Assembly: GCA_002269645.1 (NCBI GenBank)
Contig: NIVC01000881.1
Span: 124,001-188,000, forward strand
Direction: 5' to 3'
DNA: 64,000 bases
Source: Macrostomum lignano
Taxonomy: Eukaryota
Part shown: positions 59,966 to 64,000 of the stretch, piece after piece
Layout of the letters: every line of letters starts with the position of its first letter
Position numbering within the stretch: position 1 is the first letter of the stretch
Program-made: the position numbers and the translations under genes
The notes under the pieces: model-generated
What the model saw: the letters and a program-made list of their open reading frames with translations, nothing else
The model's database searches: none
What the model was told of the DNA's origin: nothing

Positions 59966-61448
59966 GTAGATTGTTCCCTAGATTGGTAGATTGTTTCCTG
60001 GATTATGGCAGATTGTTTTCTAGATTATTAGATTGCTTCTTGGATCGTGCTAGACTGTTTTCTGAATTGGTGGATTGTTCCAGGGATTTGTAGATTTCTC
60101 CGTAGATATTGTTTGATTGAATTCTGGTGCAAACTGTGCCAGTGTATCATTTTTTATTTTGTGTATTTTCTTTCTTGACGTAAACTTCAAAGAGCAGGTT
60201 AACTTTTTGTGTTAGAATAAATCAATATTAAGTTTTTCGTAGTCATCTTAAAGATTAGAAAACCAACATTTATCAGTAGTAGCATTGGTAACTAATCAGC
60301 CAATTACAGTCATGAATTTGCCGTAGCAATTTTTACTAATTCACATATCTGAAGATTTAATTATTATCATATAGTTTATTCTAAAAATATAACGAATGAT
60401 ATTCTGAATTAAGTAATTCTTCCATTTATTAACGAACTGACAAAGTTTAAATATTTTTAATTCTCGCTCTACAGAAGTGAAGCAAAAACACATCAGAATG
60501 ACAAAATGAAAATGCGAGAAAGAAAATAATGGAAAACGGAAAAAAATGTTTCTGAATCAAAGACAGTCTTGAATGAATCAAAATATAGATGGTCAAAAGA
60601 TTATGAATGACAACTTGAAAAAAATTTGTTCACACGGAGGCGGATGCACTGCGAAAATACGAAGATAAAATAAAGATATGCGATGCATTTTAACAAACAC
60701 TGACAATTATGATTGGTAGTCCAAGATCGAAAAATTCAGACTTGAAAAATATAAACTTTAAAATAAGTTTAAGAAGCCAAGGAATTTTTGTAATAAAGGG
60801 TTGTGTTTTAAAAAAAATTTGATTTTACTCTGATAATTAAAAAGCAAAAAGCATAAAGATTTTAGTCCCGGTGAAGAGGACCATTTTCACTCGGTAGTCC
60901 ATTTATGCGGTGTTTTGAGTTTTAATTACCGGCTTAAACCCTATGAAAAGTTCGAATCTGCAATGTGATTTCATTACAACCAGACTTTTTATTACAACTA
61001 AACATTCATTGTTTGGCTTTTAACGATAAAATTTTGTTGATATCCTGCCGAATGAATAAATTCTATTAAAACAAAATTTAGACATTTATAAATTTTCAGT
61101 TTTTATCCTTATGATTTTCTAGGTTTAACTTTTTTATTGAGTTTATCTTGTAAAGTTGAGTTTAATAATTAATATATTAATAATAATAATAATACAATAA
61201 TATCTTGTATTTAGTTTAATAATGATGAATAAATCTAATAATGCAATTCCATACTATAACTACATAAATTAATAGATATTTCAGCAATTGTTGATCACAT
61301 CTTTAAGTGTTTATCTTAAAGATAAAAGTAAAAAGTAAAAATCTGAAGAAAGTAATTTCGCACTAACGACAAATTTAGCCCCAAAAGATAAAATTTCCGG
61401 ATTTAAGACTACTGTACGAATTACGATCGTACACTTGGCCCCGCCGAA

Positions 61449-64000
61449 TCACGCATCATGATGGTGACGATGCTGGTGCCCCTTCTGCGGCTTGTAGCTC
61501 TGTATCCAGATCTCGGACAAGCACACGGTCGAGTGAAATCTAAAAAATATAATCAACGGTAGGAAGATGTACTTTATAATTTTCCAGGGCATGTCTCCGA
61601 AGTAGGTCAACAGGAAGTTCTCAGCGATGTTGCGTTGAGCCTCGAACACCGAGGCCACCCACATGGCCAGGTTGGCGATGAGCAGCGCGATGGTGACGCC
61701 GCGGCCCGGCTTGTGCATGCCCTCGATGAGTTTCATTGTCACCTTCCGCTGGATGGCCTGCATGATAAACAGAGTCTGCAGCACGGACTGGGCCACCTCC
61801 AGCATGGACTTGAAACCGTTGGCTTTGGTGTTGTAAAACTCGGCCTGTTTCGATTGGGTTCGAGTTGAACTTTTACCGAGTGCTAGCGGTCAACACCCTG
61901 GAAACTCAGTTCGAGCCCAGCTCGAGTCCCTACAAATCCAGCTCGAGTCCCTACAAATCCAGCTCGAGTCCCTACAAATCCAGCTTGAATCCCTACAAAC
62001 CCAGCTCGAGTCCCTACAAATCCAGCTCGAGTCCCTACAAATCCAGCTCGAGTCCCTACAAATCCAGCTCGAGTCCCTACAAATCCAGCTCGAGTCCCTA
62101 CAAACCCAGCTCGAGTCCCTACAAATCCAGCTCGAATCCCTACAAACCCAGCTCGAGTCCCTACAAATCCAGCTCGAGTCCCTACAAATCCAGCTCGGTC
62201 CCAGCGATCGAGCCTCTCCTCACCTTGTCGCCCCAGTTACAATGCTCTCCCTCTTTGGTGTCCATCAGGCAGGCTCCCACAGAGATGGCCACGAACAGGT
62301 TGTAGCAGACGATGCCCGCCAGACCCACAAACAGCAGGTTGACATCAAAGGTCTCATTGCCGCGAACTTTGTAGAGGTGCAGGTTCCGGATGGCCTTCAC
62401 TATGCCGGCCAGAGCCATGCCGGTGGTGAAGCAGAGCACTGAGCACTCGGTGAGGATCACGGCTAGGATGTACACATCCCTGCGGAATGCGTTGGTAGCA
62501 AGTTGTTTTGTACTGTGGAAATGTCAAGGACGCCAACTTGGTTGTCAAGGGCGCCAATTTAAGTTGTCAAGGACGCCAATTTTGGTTTTCAAGGGAGCTA
62601 ATTTTGGTTGTCAAGGGAGCCTATTTTGGTTGTCAAGGGAGCCAATTTTGGTTGTCAAGGGAGCCAATTTTTGTTGTCAAGGGAGCCACTTGGTTGTCAA
62701 GGCTGCTAATTTTGGTTGTCAAGGGAGCCAAGTTGGTTGTCAAGGGCGCCACTTTTGGTTGTCAATGGAGCTAATTTTGGTTGTCAAGGGCGCCAATTTG
62801 GTTGTCAAGGCAGCTAATTTTGGTTGTCAAGGGAGCCAATTTTGGTTGTCAAGGGAGCCAATTTTGGTTGTCAAGGGAGCCAATTTTGGTTGTCAAGGCT
62901 GCTAATTTTGGTTGTCAAGGGAGCCAATTTTGGTTGTCAAGGGAGCCAATTTTGGTTGTCAAGGCTGCTAATTTTGGTTGTCAAGGGAGCCAATTTTGGT
63001 TGTCAAGGGAGCCAATTTTGGTTGTCAAGGCTGCTAATTTTGGTTGTCAAGGGAGCCAATTTTGGTTGTCAAGAGAGCCAATTTTGGTTGTCAAGGGAGC
63101 CAAGTTGGTTGTCAAGGGCGCCACTTTTGGTTGTCAAGGGAGCCAATTTTGGTTGTCAAGGGAGCCAATTTTGGTTGTCAAGGCAGCTAATTTTGGTTGT
63201 CAAGGCTGCTAATTTTGGTTGTCCAGGGAGCCAATTTTGGTTGTCAAGAGAGCCAATTTTGGTTGTCAAGGCTGCTAATTTTGGTTGTCAAGGGAGCCAA
63301 TTTTGGTTGTCAAGGGAGCCAATTTTGGTTGTCAAGGCTGCTAATTTTGGTTGTCAAGGGAGCCAATTTTGGTTGTCAAGAGAGCCAATTTTGGTTGTCA
63401 AGGCTGCTAATTTTGGTTGTCAAGGGAGCCAATTTTGGTTGTCAAGGCTGCTAATTTTGGTTGTCAAGGGAGCCAAGTTGGTTGTCAAGGCCGCCACTTT
63501 TGGTTGTCAATGGAGCTAATTTTGGTTGTCAAGGCGCTAATTTGGTTGTCAAGGCAGCTAATTTTGGTTGTCAAGGGAGCCAATTTTGGTTGCCAGGGGT
63601 TCCACTTTGTGATGCCAGTGGAGTCGCTAAAATCGCATACAAAAGAATCCAAAAGAAGTCAACCAGTGTCGCACTTGTACTCAGTCTGCTTCTTCATCTG
63701 CAGCAGTATCAGGCTGATCATGGGCACCAGCACGCAGATCATGATCATCAGCCCCATGAACAGCCCCTTGTGCGACTTGTGACAGGTGGTCGATCTCGGG
63801 CCCTGCTGTTGCTCCTTCCTGCCGTAGGGCACGACATCCAGGTCGCCAACTCTGCTGAAAAACTTGTAGCAGATGGCAGCGCAGATGAGGCCGTACTCAA
63901 CCGCGCAGGGGTACAGGTAGGGCCCCAGCTGGTAGGACGGGCTGTCCTCCTCTAGGTAGCGACCGTGACAGCCGTCTGAGGTGGTGGTTGGGGGTTCGGT
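61449..64000 (-). CDS. otop: Otopetrin-family proton channel, 3' part (5' end outside the window)
   Basis: Exons >64000 to about 63675/63681 (donor ambiguous), 62479-62224 and 61844-61449. Motifs: YLYPCAVEYGLICAAI, CHKSHKGLFMG, VAQSVLQTLFI, LLIANLAMW, PLIIFFRFHSTVCLSEIW. Confidence 0.9.
61910..62195. repeat. 21-bp minisatellite CCAGCTCGAGTCCCTACAAAT in the last otopetrin intron
   Basis: About 13 units in a 379-bp intron. Confidence 0.93.
62522..63597. repeat. 22-bp minisatellite GGGAGCCAATTTTGGTTGTCAA in an otopetrin intron
   Basis: About 49 units. Confidence 0.95.

Overview
This is animal genomic DNA with GC-rich exons and spliceosomal GT-AG introns. The style, including introns packed with tandem repeats, suggests a flatworm such as Macrostomum; that assignment is inference only. 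I reconstructed exon chains by hand for six genes: adducin (-), a small secreted WSC-domain protein (+), a CaaX-ended nuclear lamin (+), a PAN/C-type lectin nested antisense in lamin intron 2 (-), WDSUB1 (+) and a partial otopetrin (-). The 5.9-31 kb region is rich in transposons. It holds a full-length intact hAT element (13-bp TIRs, 8-bp TSD, 791-aa ORF), three further hAT-type non-autonomous inserts, two RNase H-bearing LINE fragments, an internally deleted mariner carrying a tRNA-derived SINE, and a Merlin transposase relic. The dominant unexplained structure is about 30 tandem arrays with 4-38 bp units. In my models 17 of 18 introns over 200 bp carry their own array, often starting or ending within a few tens of bases of a splice site, while none of 5 introns under 100 bp does. 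Most long ORFs in the supplied track are artefacts of these arrays. There is no CRISPR array, rRNA or credible tRNA gene. All coordinates were read by eye; array boundaries are approximate.
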